Shown here: piece after piece, positions 10,548 through 20,732 of the stretch
Numbering within the stretch: the first letter of the stretch is position 1
How the letters are laid out: every line of letters begins with the position of its first letter
Assembly (NCBI GenBank): GCA_045544995.1
Contig: JAZQAE010000016.1
Coordinates: 1 to 62,979, forward strand
Reading direction: 5' to 3'
DNA from: Eubacteriales bacterium
GTDB lineage: Bacteria; Bacillota; Clostridia; Oscillospirales; QAKW01
DNA: 62,979 nucleotides
Made by a program: the position numbers and the translations under genes
The notes under the pieces: generated by a model
What the model was told of the DNA's origin: nothing
Databases searched by the model: none
The model's input: only the letters and a program-made list of their open reading frames with translations

Positions 10548-12470
10548 ATGCCGAAGATTCATGTTTTGGATCAGGATATTGCCAATAAAATAGCCGCCGG
10601 CGAGGTTGTTGAGCGTCCCGGAAGTGTCATCAAGGAATTGGTGGAAAACGCCATGGACGCCGGCGCACAGCATATTACCGTTGAAATTCAAAACGGCGGT
10701 ATTACTTATATGCGGGTAACCGACGATGGATGCGGTATGAACCGGGAAGATGCCAGAAACTGTTTTCTGCGCCATGCTACCAGTAAGATCCGGGATCTGT
10801 CTGATCTTTACGCCATTGAAACGTTGGGTTTTCGTGGTGAGGCATTGGCGGCCATCTCTGCGGTTTCCAAGGTGGAGTTGCTGACATCTATGGAGGGAAT
10901 TGGTACACGCCTTGAATTAGAGGGCGGAAAAGAGATTTCCTGCGAAGATTTCGGCGCACCGCAAGGGACTACCATTATCATCCGTGATTTATTCTTTAAT
11001 ACTCCTGCAAGAATGAAGTTTTTGAAGACCGATCGTGCAGAGGGGAGCAATATTGCTGCTTTGATGGATCGCTTGGCGCTTTCAAATCCCCAGATCGCAT
11101 TCCGTCTGATCCAGGACGGAAAGGCAACCTTAACTACGGACGGAAGTGGGAAACTTTTGGACGTGATCTATGCGGTAATGGGTCGGGAAGTTACCAAAGG
11201 AATGCTGCAGGTGGATACGACAGTACAGCAGGTGCGTGTTTACGGTTATACCGGTGAACCGACGGTCACAAAACCCAATCGCAACTACCAGCTTTGCTAT
11301 ATTAACGGACGTTTAGTGCGCAGTCAGACGGTGTTTGCCGCCATTGAACAGGCATATCGAAACGATCTGTTTCACGGGCGCCATCCAATATGTGTTCTAA
11401 AGATCAATCTGCCGTACGGCTTGGTCGATGTTAACGTCCATCCCAGCAAAATGGAAGTTAAATTTTCCAACGAAAAACTGATTTTTGAAGCAGTCTATTA
11501 TGCCATAAAAGGTGCTTTGAATAAGCAAACCTTGCAAAACCGTGAACCGGTTGTTCCGGTTGTAAAAGAAAAGAAACCGATGCCTGAGCCAAAACCCGTT
11601 GCAAAGACTCCTGCGGTAACTGTCTTAGAAAAGCCGGAACCGTTGTTTACGCCGAAGGCGCAACCGACTCCTCCGGCTAAGCCGGTCTATACTCCAAAAG
11701 TACAGCCGGCAAAAACGATTGAAGATGAAGAAGGACGTGTGACTCTTCCGCCCAAAGCGAGTTTTCAGACCGGTGGTTTTCATGCCCTGCGTCAACCGGA
11801 ACCCGGAAAGCAGGTGAAAACACCGGATACAGTAGTACATCAGGTGGCATTTCCTTCCGTAGCGGAGCAACAGACCATAGTAAAAACAGAAAAAGAGATT
11901 CCGTATCGCTACATTGGTGAGGTATTTAATAGCTATCTTTTGGTAGAAAGCGGAGAGGATCTGTTTTTGGTAGACAAACATGCCGCCCATGAACGAATGA
12001 TCTTTGAAAAACTCTTAAAAGAACAAGAGACAGAGAAGGCGGCGCATCAGCAGATGCTGGTTCCGGAGCAGATTCGTCTCGATCAGGATGAGATGGCTTT
12101 TGCTTTGGAAAACCGTATGGAATTTGAGCGCATTGGCTTTGAATTGGAAGCCTTCGGCGAACGTCAGATCATTTTAAGAAGCCGTCCCGTTTGTTTGACG
12201 GGAGAAACTGCTGTGGATGCCTTTACGGAGATTTTATCTGATTGGATGCGTGGAAAGAAAAACAGCAGTACTGAACGTGAAAATCATGCTTTGAAGACGG
12301 TTGCTTGTAAGGCGGCGATCAAGGCAGGAAATATCAATAATCCGGAAGAATTAAAAGCGTTGGTTCAAAAATTGATCCGTGATGATGAAGTTCATCAATG
12401 TCCTCACGGCAGACCTGTTTTAATTGCCTATAGCAAAAAAGAAATTGAGAAAGCATTTAAGAGGATTTAA
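10548..12470 (+). CDS. mutL: DNA mismatch repair endonuclease MutL
   Basis: IAAGEVVERP, GFRGEAL, VDVNVHPSK, DKHAAHER, ACKAA, CPHGRP. Confidence 0.98.
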   Translation: MPKIHVLDQDIANKIAAGEVVERPGSVIKELVENAMDAGAQHITVEIQNGGITYMRVTDDGCGMNREDARNCFLRHATSKIRDLSDLYAIETLGFRGEALAAISAVSKVELLTSMEGIGTRLELEGGKEISCEDFGAPQGTTIIIRDLFFNTPARMKFLKTDRAEGSNIAALMDRLALSNPQIAFRLIQDGKATLTTDGSGKLLDVIYAVMGREVTKGMLQVDTTVQQVRVYGYTGEPTVTKPNRNYQLCYINGRLVRSQTVFAAIEQAYRNDLFHGRHPICVLKINLPYGLVDVNVHPSKMEVKFSNEKLIFEAVYYAIKGALNKQTLQNREPVVPVVKEKKPMPEPKPVAKTPAVTVLEKPEPLFTPKAQPTPPAKPVYTPKVQPAKTIEDEEGRVTLPPKASFQTGGFHALRQPEPGKQVKTPDTVVHQVAFPSVAEQQTIVKTEKEIPYRYIGEVFNSYLLVESGEDLFLVDKHAAHERMIFEKLLKEQETEKAAHQQMLVPEQIRLDQDEMAFALENRMEFERIGFELEAFGERQIILRSRPVCLTGETAVDAFTEILSDWMRGKKNSSTERENHALKTVACKAAIKAGNINNPEELKALVQKLIRDDEVHQCPHGRPVLIAYSKKEIEKAFKRI

Positions 12471-12473
12471 GGG

Positions 12474-13421
12474 ATGGGAAAGCAAAAGATCATTGCGGTC
12501 GTAGGCCCTACGGCTTCCGGTAAGACCGGACTTTCCGTTGCCTTGGCCTCTCATTTCGGTGCCGAGATTATCTCGGCGGATTCCATGCAGATCTACCGTG
12601 AGATGCAGATTGGGACGGCAAAGCCGACCATGGAAGAGCGGTGCGGTGTGCCTCATCATTTAATGGGGCATATCAGTGTTGAAGAAACCTATAATGTGGC
12701 AAGCTACGCTCAGGATGCCAAAGCTGTTTTGGATGAAATGTCTGAGCGTGGTTGCCTCCCCATCCTTTGCGGTGGAACCGGACTTTATCTGGATCATTTA
12801 CTGGGGAATACGGATTTCTTTGATATTCCCATCCGGGAGGCTGTCCGTGAAAAGTATCAGAGGATGGCCAAAGAATCTGGCGGCGAGGCTCTCTATGAGC
12901 TGTTAATGCAAAAAGATTCGGTTCTTGCAGAAAAACTACACCCGCATGATGAAAAAAGAATTATTCGAGGATTGGAAGTTTTAGAATCAACTGGGCGAAA
13001 ACTTTCTGATTTTCAAAAAGAAAGCCATCGTGAAAGTCCTTATGATGTGTTGTGGATTGGATTGAATTTTCGAGATCGCAATAAATTGTATGAGCGGATC
13101 AATTTACGAGTGGATCTGATGGAAAAAGACGGTCTTTTAGATGAAGTACAGCATCTTAAGGCGAATTTTGCACTTTCTTCTACTGCAAGGGCCGCAATCG
13201 GGTATAAGGAAATCATTGATGCTTTGGAATGTAACGGGACTATAAGAGATGCTTTAGAACTTGTGAAGCAAAAAAGCAGAAACTATGCCAAACGTCAGTT
13301 GACTTGGTTTGGAAGAAATAAAGAAATCCATTGGCTTTATAGAGATGAATGTTCAGAAGAAGAGTTGCTCAATCAAGCGATCGAATATTGCGAAACGTTC
13401 TTGAAAGGAGGAGACGAATGA
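12474..13421 (+). CDS. miaA: tRNA dimethylallyltransferase
   Basis: GPTASGKT, ISADSMQIY, IGTAKP, GGTGLY, RNYAKRQLTWF. Confidence 0.97.
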   Translation: MGKQKIIAVVGPTASGKTGLSVALASHFGAEIISADSMQIYREMQIGTAKPTMEERCGVPHHLMGHISVEETYNVASYAQDAKAVLDEMSERGCLPILCGGTGLYLDHLLGNTDFFDIPIREAVREKYQRMAKESGGEALYELLMQKDSVLAEKLHPHDEKRIIRGLEVLESTGRKLSDFQKESHRESPYDVLWIGLNFRDRNKLYERINLRVDLMEKDGLLDEVQHLKANFALSSTARAAIGYKEIIDALECNGTIRDALELVKQKSRNYAKRQLTWFGRNKEIHWLYRDECSEEELLNQAIEYCETFLKGGDE

Positions 13422-14644
13422 AAACAAGCGGACTGGGATTTATAAAAATTATTATCGCTGTGCTGTCGGTTTTTGCCGTTGTGGTGGTCGGTTACCAGAT
13501 CTATAAGTATAATTTCGTTTCCATCAAGACGGAAAGCGCTGTTATGGGCGAGATGGATGAGGTTGTCAAAGCAAACGGCATCTTTTTCAGAAATGAAAAG
13601 GTGATCAGTCGTTCCGGATATGACTATTTGGATGTAGTGCGTGCCGAGGGGGAGCGGATCGCCGCCGGCGGTACGATCGCACGGGTCTATTCAGACGAAC
13701 GTTCTGCCAAGGTGCGTAAAGAGATTCGTCAGGTCGAGGAAAAAATTGCGACCTATGAGGAAGTACTGGAGCATAGTGGCTCTTATCAAAGTGCCGTGAG
13801 CAGTATCGAACAGGCCATCTATGCTGATCTGAGTCAAATTACTCTCTCTGCCAGAAAAGGAAGGGCATTAGATGCGTTTCATCGTGCGGATGATATGCAG
13901 ATCAATTTGATGAAGAAAAAGATTGCTTCCGGTGATTTGGTCAGTTATGACACGGTTTTGGATGATCTGCGTAAAGAACTTGCCTCATTAAAGAGTTCTG
14001 CCGGAAGCAGTGTTGAAAATCTGCGTACAGAGGAAAGCGGCTATTTTTCACTTATGACAGACGGCTTGGAAGATCAATTAACTCTGGCCCGTCTAAAAGA
14101 TCTAACGGTAGAGAACTATGACGAGGTGAAGTCTTTGGCGGAAAAGACAATGGATTCCGATAGCAACCTCGGCAAAATTGTTTATGATAACAGCTGGACC
14201 GTGGCAATGAAAGTGAAGAAGGATGCGGTGGATCGGCTGGAAGTGAATGATACTGTATATATTAAAATTCCGTCGTATGGTACGGAGCGAATTAAATGTA
14301 CGGTATCGGATATCAGAAAAAGTGGGGAAGAGTGTATTTTATTGCTTTCTTCTTCTGTGATCCATGAAAATATATTGACGCTTCGTCAAGAAGAAGTACA
14401 GCTGATTGTCAAAAATTATAGCGGAATTGTGGTGCGCCAAAGTGCTCTGCGTAAGGTGGATGGAGAAGATGGCGTATTTGTGAAGGTGGGGCTCTTGCTG
14501 CGCTATAGAAAGGTTCACATTCTTTATAACAACGGAACCAGTGCAATCGTGGAATATACTCCTGCCGAAAACGGGACGCTTCGAATTTATGATCAGGTAG
14601 TGTACAAGGGATCGCATCTCTACGACGGAAAGGCGGTAACCTAA
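13418..14644 (+). CDS. Membrane-anchored HlyD/periplasmic-adaptor-like protein of unknown function
   Basis: N-terminal TM, EGERIAAGGTIARVY barrel-sandwich-like segment, coiled coil, SGYFSLMTDGLE; ATG after AGGAGG. Confidence 0.65.
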   Translation: MKTSGLGFIKIIIAVLSVFAVVVVGYQIYKYNFVSIKTESAVMGEMDEVVKANGIFFRNEKVISRSGYDYLDVVRAEGERIAAGGTIARVYSDERSAKVRKEIRQVEEKIATYEEVLEHSGSYQSAVSSIEQAIYADLSQITLSARKGRALDAFHRADDMQINLMKKKIASGDLVSYDTVLDDLRKELASLKSSAGSSVENLRTEESGYFSLMTDGLEDQLTLARLKDLTVENYDEVKSLAEKTMDSDSNLGKIVYDNSWTVAMKVKKDAVDRLEVNDTVYIKIPSYGTERIKCTVSDIRKSGEECILLLSSSVIHENILTLRQEEVQLIVKNYSGIVVRQSALRKVDGEDGVFVKVGLLLRYRKVHILYNNGTSAIVEYTPAENGTLRIYDQVVYKGSHLYDGKAVT

Positions 14645-15315
14645 TGGGATTTTCGGAAATAAAAACGAACCTGGAGACCATATTTCGTCAGTTAGAGGGA
14701 CACGACACAGAACTTTTGGCGGTGACGAAGACACGGACTGCCGAAGAGATCAATTATGCCATAGACTGCGGTGTCCGTCATATCGGCGAAAACAGAGTTC
14801 AGGAACTGCTTGAAAAATATGATCAGCTTCATAAAGAGAACGTGACAATCCATTTAATTGGTCAGCTTCAGACCAATAAAGTGAAATATATCATTGATAA
14901 AGTAGATCTGATTCATTCGGTGGACTCCTTACGACTGGCAAAGGAGATTTCTAAGCGCGCTGAAGGAATTGGAAAGATTCAGGATGTTTTAGTTGAAGTT
15001 AACGTTGGAAATGAATTATCTAAAGGTGGAATTGATCCGTCGGAACTTCTCGAATTGCTGGAAAGTATTTCTACTTTACCTGGAATTAGGGTGCGAGGCT
15101 TGATGTGTATTCCGCCGATTGCAGTAGAGGAGCATCAAAACCTGCAATATTTTTTAAAAATGAAGCAAATGTCGGTTGACATCAGAGAGAAAAAGATAGA
15201 TAATATTAGTATGGACATTTTATCAATGGGAATGTCCGGTGATTATGAAGATGCAATCACCGCCGGGAGCACTTTTATCCGTGTGGGACGTGGCATTTTC
15301 GGCCCCAGAAATTAA
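14644..15315 (+). CDS. yggS: YggS-family PLP homeostasis protein
   Basis: LLAVTKT, IGENRVQE, HLIGQLQTNKVK, LSMGMSGDY, RVGRGIFG. Confidence 0.96.
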   Translation: MGFSEIKTNLETIFRQLEGHDTELLAVTKTRTAEEINYAIDCGVRHIGENRVQELLEKYDQLHKENVTIHLIGQLQTNKVKYIIDKVDLIHSVDSLRLAKEISKRAEGIGKIQDVLVEVNVGNELSKGGIDPSELLELLESISTLPGIRVRGLMCIPPIAVEEHQNLQYFLKMKQMSVDIREKKIDNISMDILSMGMSGDYEDAITAGSTFIRVGRGIFGPRN

Positions 15316-15333
15316 ACCGGGAGGTATAATGAT

Positions 15334-15768
15334 ATGAGTAAGTGGGACAAAATTAAAGCAGTGATCGGAATTCCTGACGATGATGACATCGTTGGCGGAG
15401 AAGAGATGCAAGAAGAGGTTGCTTCTGTCAAAGAGGACGCCCCCAAAAGAGAGACCTATCGTACTCCTGCGCCGAGAACTCCTGCGCCTTCTTCCAGAAG
15501 TCAGGTCAATATGGTGATCATTAAGTCTAATGACTATAGTGACGCACGCACTGTGGCAGACCATATTTTGGGAAATCGTGCAGTACTGCTCAATCTGGAA
15601 AACTGCAATAAAGAGATGGCTCAGCGAATTTTGGATTTCCTGAGCGGTGTTGTTTACGCCCAGGGCGGCGATCTTCAGCGTGTAGCTCATAGTACATATG
15701 CTGTCACTCCCCGTAATGTTGGATTACAGGGCGAATTGATGGACGAAGTAAAAGAAGAGGAATATTGA
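15334..15768 (+). CDS. sepF: Cell division protein SepF
   Basis: AVLLNLE, AQRILDFLSGVVYA, VTPRNV; ylm cluster context. Confidence 0.93.
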   Translation: MSKWDKIKAVIGIPDDDDIVGGEEMQEEVASVKEDAPKRETYRTPAPRTPAPSSRSQVNMVIIKSNDYSDARTVADHILGNRAVLLNLENCNKEMAQRILDFLSGVVYAQGGDLQRVAHSTYAVTPRNVGLQGELMDEVKEEEY

Positions 15769-15769
15769 T

Positions 15770-16048
15770 TTGATATACGTCGCTTATGTGCTGAGTCGCT
15801 TGATCAGCATTTATGCAGCCATCATGCTGATTTATTGCTTGTCCACATGGTTTATCCGTGACCCTCAAAATGGATTTATCCGTTTATTGGCGTCGATTAC
15901 GGAACCGCCTTTGGTGCCGATCCGTCGTTTTTTAAGCCGGTTCTATTATTTTCAAAATTCACCGGTTGATTTTTCACCGTTGATCTTGTTTTTCTTTCTT
16001 CGCCTTTTGGTCTCTGCCGTTAGCTGGCTGGCCGGAGTACTAAGATGA
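15770..16048 (+). CDS. yggT: YggT/YlmG-family membrane protein
   Basis: ITEPPLVPIRR, DFSPLI. Confidence 0.88.
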   Translation: MIYVAYVLSRLISIYAAIMLIYCLSTWFIRDPQNGFIRLLASITEPPLVPIRRFLSRFYYFQNSPVDFSPLILFFFLRLLVSAVSWLAGVLR

Positions 16049-16788
16049 ATGAACGAGATCTTTTGGTGGGACGGATCGAGGATTTGATCCGCCGTGAAGC
16101 CGGAGGAGAATCTATGGCTTTTTCCGGCTTTTTGACGCCGGAAGATTGTATGGAAGCGGAAGCCGTCTGCCGGCGTTATGGTGCGCCGTATTGCTTATAT
16201 GGCGGCCATGATAGTTGTGAGCGAAAAATATTGGCGATCTCTTCCTATGACTGTGAGACGTTGCGATTGTGCTTTCCCATCGTCTTATTGCAGGTGAGTT
16301 GTCCGGAGCCTGATGCTTTGTCTAACCGAGATGTCTTGGGCGCCTTGATGGCACTGGGAATTCGCCGTGACGTGCTGGGAGATATTATCGTTCGTGATGG
16401 TGAAGTTTTGTTCTTTGCCTCAGAACATATTAAGGAGTTCTTGATTCAAAATGTCACTTCGATCGGCCGTCAAACGGTGAAATTGTCTGAGGCACCGCCA
16501 ACGTATGAAATACCGGCGCCTCATTTTGATTATCTACGTATCACGGTGGCGTCTTTACGTGCCGATGCAGTTGTGGGCGGTTTGGCAAAAACCTCTCGGG
16601 AACAAGCGAATCAACTAATTGATGGAAAATCTGTTTATTTAAACCATGTACTTTTAGAGAAAAAAACAAAGGAAGTGCACCCTGGAGACTGTGTGATTAT
16701 TCGTGGGCTGGGCAAGTGGATCATTGATGATTGCGGCCAGCAGACGAGAAAAGGACGGTCTGTTTTGGAGTGCCGAAAATATATTTAG
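16045..16788 (+). CDS. ylmH: YlmH-family S4 RNA-binding protein
   Basis: RDVLGALMALGIRRDVLGDI, VASLRADAV, IIRGLGK. Confidence 0.9.
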   Translation: MNERDLLVGRIEDLIRREAGGESMAFSGFLTPEDCMEAEAVCRRYGAPYCLYGGHDSCERKILAISSYDCETLRLCFPIVLLQVSCPEPDALSNRDVLGALMALGIRRDVLGDIIVRDGEVLFFASEHIKEFLIQNVTSIGRQTVKLSEAPPTYEIPAPHFDYLRITVASLRADAVVGGLAKTSREQANQLIDGKSVYLNHVLLEKKTKEVHPGDCVIIRGLGKWIIDDCGQQTRKGRSVLECRKYI

Positions 16789-16800
16789 GAGGATCTAAAG

Positions 16801-17628
16801 ATGTTAAACCCCGATGCAATTCAGAGCAAAGAATTTGAACAGAGCGTTTTAGGCGGATACCGCCGTGATGAAGTGGATGCCTTTTTAGATGAAGTTGAGG
16901 CAGACTATCGCAAACTTTACACAGAGAATAACGAATTGGTGGAGAAACTGAAGGTATGTCTCGCCAAAATCGAAGATTATAAAAAGGACGAAGAGTTTTT
17001 AAAAACTGCCATTATTAATGCGCAAAAATTAAATGAGACCACACTGCGTGAGATTGAAGTGCGTGAAAAAGAAGTGGAGGTCTCCAGCAAAGCCCGTGCT
17101 GCCGAGATCATTTCTGCCGCTGAAGAGCAGGCGAGAGCAATCTTGAATAAAGCAGAGAAAGAATCTGCTGATGCGATCCGTGCAGCTCAGGAACGTTGCC
17201 GTGCAGAGATCGATGCAGAGCAGGCAAAATCTGCTCAAGAAATCGCTGCTATTCATGCTGCGACTCAGGCAGAGCAGATGAAATTGGACTATCTCCATGG
17301 CGAAGTTTCTGAATTTAAGAATACGATCATTGAACTTTATAAGGCTCATTTGACTTCAATTTCCAAACTGCCTGATTTTAAGGTAGAAGAAAAAGAAGAA
17401 CCCGCTCCCGTGCAGGAAGAAGTGAAAACTGAGCCTGCTCCGGCGGTTGAAGAACCCGTTGTTGCCGAGGAACCTGTTGCTGAAGAGCCGGCGGATTCCA
17501 ACGGCAATACCGTCGAGTTCAAATTAAAGGAAAAGGAAGCTGCAAAAGAAGAGGCGCCGGCAGTAAAACCCTTGAAGTTTGAAAATCTGAAATTCGGTGT
17601 TGATTACGATATCAATAAAGACGAATAA
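16801..17628 (+). CDS. divIVA: DivIVA cell division protein
   Basis: LNPDAIQSKEF..GGYRRDEVDAFLD plus a long coiled coil; ylm cluster position. Confidence 0.9.
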   Translation: MLNPDAIQSKEFEQSVLGGYRRDEVDAFLDEVEADYRKLYTENNELVEKLKVCLAKIEDYKKDEEFLKTAIINAQKLNETTLREIEVREKEVEVSSKARAAEIISAAEEQARAILNKAEKESADAIRAAQERCRAEIDAEQAKSAQEIAAIHAATQAEQMKLDYLHGEVSEFKNTIIELYKAHLTSISKLPDFKVEEKEEPAPVQEEVKTEPAPAVEEPVVAEEPVAEEPADSNGNTVEFKLKEKEAAKEEAPAVKPLKFENLKFGVDYDINKDE

Positions 17629-17638
17629 GGAGAAGCAG

Positions 17639-18148
17639 TTGAAGTTTTTTAAGCGTTATTACTGGATTTTTCTGTCCCTTCTTCTGGTTCTTTTGGATCA
17701 GATTTCAAAGTGGATCGTGGTCAAAAAAATCCCTATTAATGATTCCATTGTTTTGATCCCCGATTTCTTTTCGCTGTCCCACGTTCGCAATACAGGTGCA
17801 GCCTTTGGTATGCTTGCCAATCAACGCTGGATCTTTATGATTTTCACAACTATTGTCATTATTGGTGCTGTCGTTGCGTTGTGCTCCGGACGGGTTAAGA
17901 ATCCCTTTGGAATTCTTTCGCTTTCCTTGGTGATTGGCGGCGGAATAGGGAATATGATCGACCGGATGTTTTTGGGCGAGGTGATAGACTTTTTTGCCTT
18001 TAATTTCTGGGGCTATCAGTTTGCGGTCTTTAACGTGGCGGATATATTTGTTTGTTGCGGTACGATCATTTTGGCTTTTTATATCTTTTTCTCCGGCGAT
18101 TTTGATGACAGCAAGAAAAAAGAGGAGCCATCAGATGGAACGTTATGA
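17639..18148 (+). CDS. lspA: Lipoprotein signal peptidase II
   Basis: LDQISK, NTGAAFG, GGIGNMIDR, FNVAD; TTG after AAGGAG. Confidence 0.96.
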   Translation: MKFFKRYYWIFLSLLLVLLDQISKWIVVKKIPINDSIVLIPDFFSLSHVRNTGAAFGMLANQRWIFMIFTTIVIIGAVVALCSGRVKNPFGILSLSLVIGGGIGNMIDRMFLGEVIDFFAFNFWGYQFAVFNVADIFVCCGTIILAFYIFFSGDFDDSKKKEEPSDGTL

Positions 18149-19055
18149 ATTGATTGTTGAGCAAGAAGGCATCCGTTTGGATGCCTTTTTAGCAGAGAAA
18201 TTAGAGGATTTTTCACGCTCCAGAATTGAAAATCTAATCAAAGACGCTAAAATTACCGTCAATCAGAACAAGGCGACCAAGAGTTATCGCACTAAGATTG
18301 GCGATGTTATTGCTGTAGAGATTCCGCCGCCGGAAGAAACAGCACCGCTTCCTTGCGATATGCCGCTTGATATCATCTATGAGGATGAACATCTTTTGGT
18401 GTTGAATAAACCTAAAGGCGTTGTAGTTCATCCGGCACCCGGTCATACCGGCGATACATTGGTGAATGGATTGCTGGCTTATTGTAAAGATAGCTTGTCC
18501 GGGATCAATGGCGAAAAAAGACCTGGTATTGTTCATCGAATTGATAAGGATACCAGCGGTCTTTTGGTGATCGCAAAAAACGATCGTGCCCATCAAGGGC
18601 TTTCTGCGCAATTCGAGAAACATTCGATTGACCGGGTCTATGAGACGATCGTATTTGGGAAGATGTCCCGGGAAAAGGGAACCGTGGACGCTCCAATCGG
18701 CCGAAGCCAGAAAGATCGTAAAAAGATGGCGGTGGGAGCTAAGAATACCAAACGTGCCGTGACCCATTATGAGGTGTTACACCAGTATCGAGGATTTTCT
18801 CATCTGGCTTGCAGACTGGAGACCGGACGTACCCATCAGATCAGAGTGCATCTTTCTTCATTGGGACATTTTGTGGTCGGCGATCTGGTATATGGGCGTG
18901 CCGTTCCCGGAATCAATCTTGATTTTGAGGGGCAATGTCTCCATGCCCGAGTACTGGGGTTTGACCATCCCATTACAGGTGAACATTTGATTTTTGAAAG
19001 TCCATTACCGGATTATTTCAAAAAACTCTTGACAAAACTGGAACGGATGGAGTAA
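18135..19055 (+). CDS. rluD: RluA/RluD-family pseudouridine synthase
   Basis: S4 domain RLDAFL, NKPKGVVVHP, VHRIDKDTSG, LETGRTHQIRVH. Confidence 0.93.
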   Translation: MERYELIVEQEGIRLDAFLAEKLEDFSRSRIENLIKDAKITVNQNKATKSYRTKIGDVIAVEIPPPEETAPLPCDMPLDIIYEDEHLLVLNKPKGVVVHPAPGHTGDTLVNGLLAYCKDSLSGINGEKRPGIVHRIDKDTSGLLVIAKNDRAHQGLSAQFEKHSIDRVYETIVFGKMSREKGTVDAPIGRSQKDRKKMAVGAKNTKRAVTHYEVLHQYRGFSHLACRLETGRTHQIRVHLSSLGHFVVGDLVYGRAVPGINLDFEGQCLHARVLGFDHPITGEHLIFESPLPDYFKKLLTKLERME

Positions 19056-19058
19056 TAT
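19029..19058 (+). promoter_or_regulatory. Putative thiT promoter overlapping the rluD 3' end
   Basis: TTGACA (19029) with TAATAT 18 nt downstream, just upstream of the riboswitch. Confidence 0.5.
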
Positions 19059-19069
19059 AAATACACATC

Positions 19070-19178
19070 ATATAAAAGGGGTGCTGAGTAAACTCGGCTG
19101 AGAGGACGGATAGATCCGTCTAACCCATGAACCTGATGCGGGTAATGCCGACGTAGGAAAAATAATTGCCTTTTATTA
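19070..19178 (+). ncRNA. TPP riboswitch (THI element)
   Basis: GGGGTGC...CTGAGA...ACCCATGAACCTGATGCGGGTAATGCCGACGTAGGAA core, upstream of a thiamine transporter; boundaries approximate. Confidence 0.95.
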
Positions 19179-19180
19179 GG

Positions 19181-19216
19181 CCCTGCGCTGACATACTGCG
19201 CAGGGTCTTTCTTTTT
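19181..19216 (+). terminator. Riboswitch expression-platform terminator
   Basis: CCCTGCGC-loop-GCGCAGGG followed by TCTTTCTTTTT. Confidence 0.8.
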
Positions 19217-19234
19217 CGATAGGAGGTATGAAAG

Positions 19235-19891
19235 ATGAAGAAAGAACGCGTACATATGTTGGTTGAGAGTGCAATGCTATTGACACTCGGAGTGGTACTG
19301 GAACTGGTCAGTAAGTTCCTGATACCGGAACTGCCCTTTGGCGGTCAGTTGACCTTGGCAAGTATGCTGCCGGTGGTGCTGATCTCTTATCGCTATGGCG
19401 TAAAATGGGGATTATTTTCCGGTGTTGTTTATTCCGTTTTACAGATGGCGTTGGGTGTCAAAACGGTAACTGCCGCTTTCCAAGCGGATTACTTTGGTGA
19501 CGGTGTGATGATCTTGAACGCTCTCATCATGGTGATTTTGGATTATGTTCTGGCCTATACTTTGCTTGGCCTCGGTGGTCTTTTCCGTAATCGAATTAAA
19601 AAGCCAGGTGTCTCGTTGGCATGTGGCGCTGTTGTGGCTCTTTTCGCGCGATACGTTGCTCATATTTTATCCGGTTATATTCTGTTCTCCGGCTGGGCAG
19701 AGTGGTTCTTCACTCAAGATGGTTTCCCGGCTTGGGGGGCCAAGTTGGTCGAATCTGTGAGCCCGGAATTGCTTGGATTTATTTATAGTCTTGTTTATAA
19801 CGGAATGTATATGATCCCTGAGATCCTGATTACTGCGGTCGCCGGCTTGCTGATTGCAAGAGTCCCGAAGATCGTCGAAAAACAAAACTAA
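19235..19891 (+). CDS. thiT: ECF S-component thiamine transporter ThiT
   Basis: LPFGGQLTLASMLP, LDYVLAY, RYVAHILSG, YSLVYNG; downstream of the TPP riboswitch. Confidence 0.88.
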   Translation: MKKERVHMLVESAMLLTLGVVLELVSKFLIPELPFGGQLTLASMLPVVLISYRYGVKWGLFSGVVYSVLQMALGVKTVTAAFQADYFGDGVMILNALIMVILDYVLAYTLLGLGGLFRNRIKKPGVSLACGAVVALFARYVAHILSGYILFSGWAEWFFTQDGFPAWGAKLVESVSPELLGFIYSLVYNGMYMIPEILITAVAGLLIARVPKIVEKQN

Positions 19892-19898
19892 ATAATCT

Positions 19899-19933
19899 AA
19901 AAAGAAGTAACGATTTTTGTTACTTCTTTTTTT
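19899..19933 (+). terminator. Intrinsic terminator
   Basis: AAAAAGAAGTAAC / GTTACTTCTTTTT. Confidence 0.8.
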
Positions 19934-19942
19934 ATATTTTTC

Positions 19943-19971
19943 TTTACAATAAGTCTATAATATATTATAAT
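19943..19971 (+). promoter_or_regulatory. sigmaA promoter of the pyrH operon
   Basis: TTTACA-17-TATAAT. Confidence 0.7.
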
Positions 19972-20008
19972 AACTATAAATAAACTTTAATTTAGGAGTG
20001 TGGATTTT

Positions 20009-20728
20009 ATGGCAGATCTTAAGTATCGCAGAATCCTTTTAAAACTGAGTGGCGAGGCTCTTGCCGGAAGTGGCAAATCCGGAATTGATTTTGAATATGT
20101 ATTGAAGATCGGTTCCTACATTAAGGAATGTGTGGATAAGGGGGTCCAGGTTGCCATCGTCGTTGGCGGCGGTAACTATTGGCGCGGTAGAAGTAATCAG
20201 CAGATGGACCGCACCAGAGCGGATTATATCGGCATGTTGGCCACGACGATGAATGCGCTTACTGTGCAGGATGCTTTGATCCAGAATGGCGTTGAGTGCC
20301 GTGTTATGAGCGCAATTGAAATGCGCCAGATCGCAGAGCCGTTTATTCGTAACCGTGCAATTGCGCACCTGGAAAAAGGTTACGTAGTAATTTTCGCAAG
20401 CGGTACCGGTAACCCTTATTTCTCCACCGATACCTGTGCTGCTTTACGTGCAGCTGAAGTGAATGCCGACGTCATCTTCAAGGCTACCAACGTTGATGGT
20501 GTTTATACAGCCGATCCCAAGAAGGATCCTAACGCTAAGAAACTGCATCATATCCGGTATATGGATATTCTGAAAAATCAGTTGGGCGTCATGGACAGTG
20601 CAGCCGCTGCTCTTTGTAACGATAATAACATTCCCATCTATGTGTTTGATATGTCAGATCCCTCCAACATTGTCCGTGCGGTGATGGGCGAGGATATTGG
20701 TACAACGATTGATAATAAAGGAGAATAA
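20009..20728 (+). CDS. pyrH: UMP kinase
   Basis: [34 protein letters not shown]. Confidence 0.98.
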   Translation: MADLKYRRILLKLSGEALAGSGKSGIDFEYVLKIGSYIKECVDKGVQVAIVVGGGNYWRGRSNQQMDRTRADYIGMLATTMNALTVQDALIQNGVECRVMSAIEMRQIAEPFIRNRAIAHLEKGYVVIFASGTGNPYFSTDTCAALRAAEVNADVIFKATNVDGVYTADPKKDPNAKKLHHIRYMDILKNQLGVMDSAAAALCNDNNIPIYVFDMSDPSNIVRAVMGEDIGTTIDNKGE

Positions 20729-20732
20729 GAGA

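Noticed and set aside
11540-11880. Pro/Lys-rich quasi-repeats in MutL (similar stretches in PolC and DivIVA)
   Set aside because: Ordinary disordered linkers.
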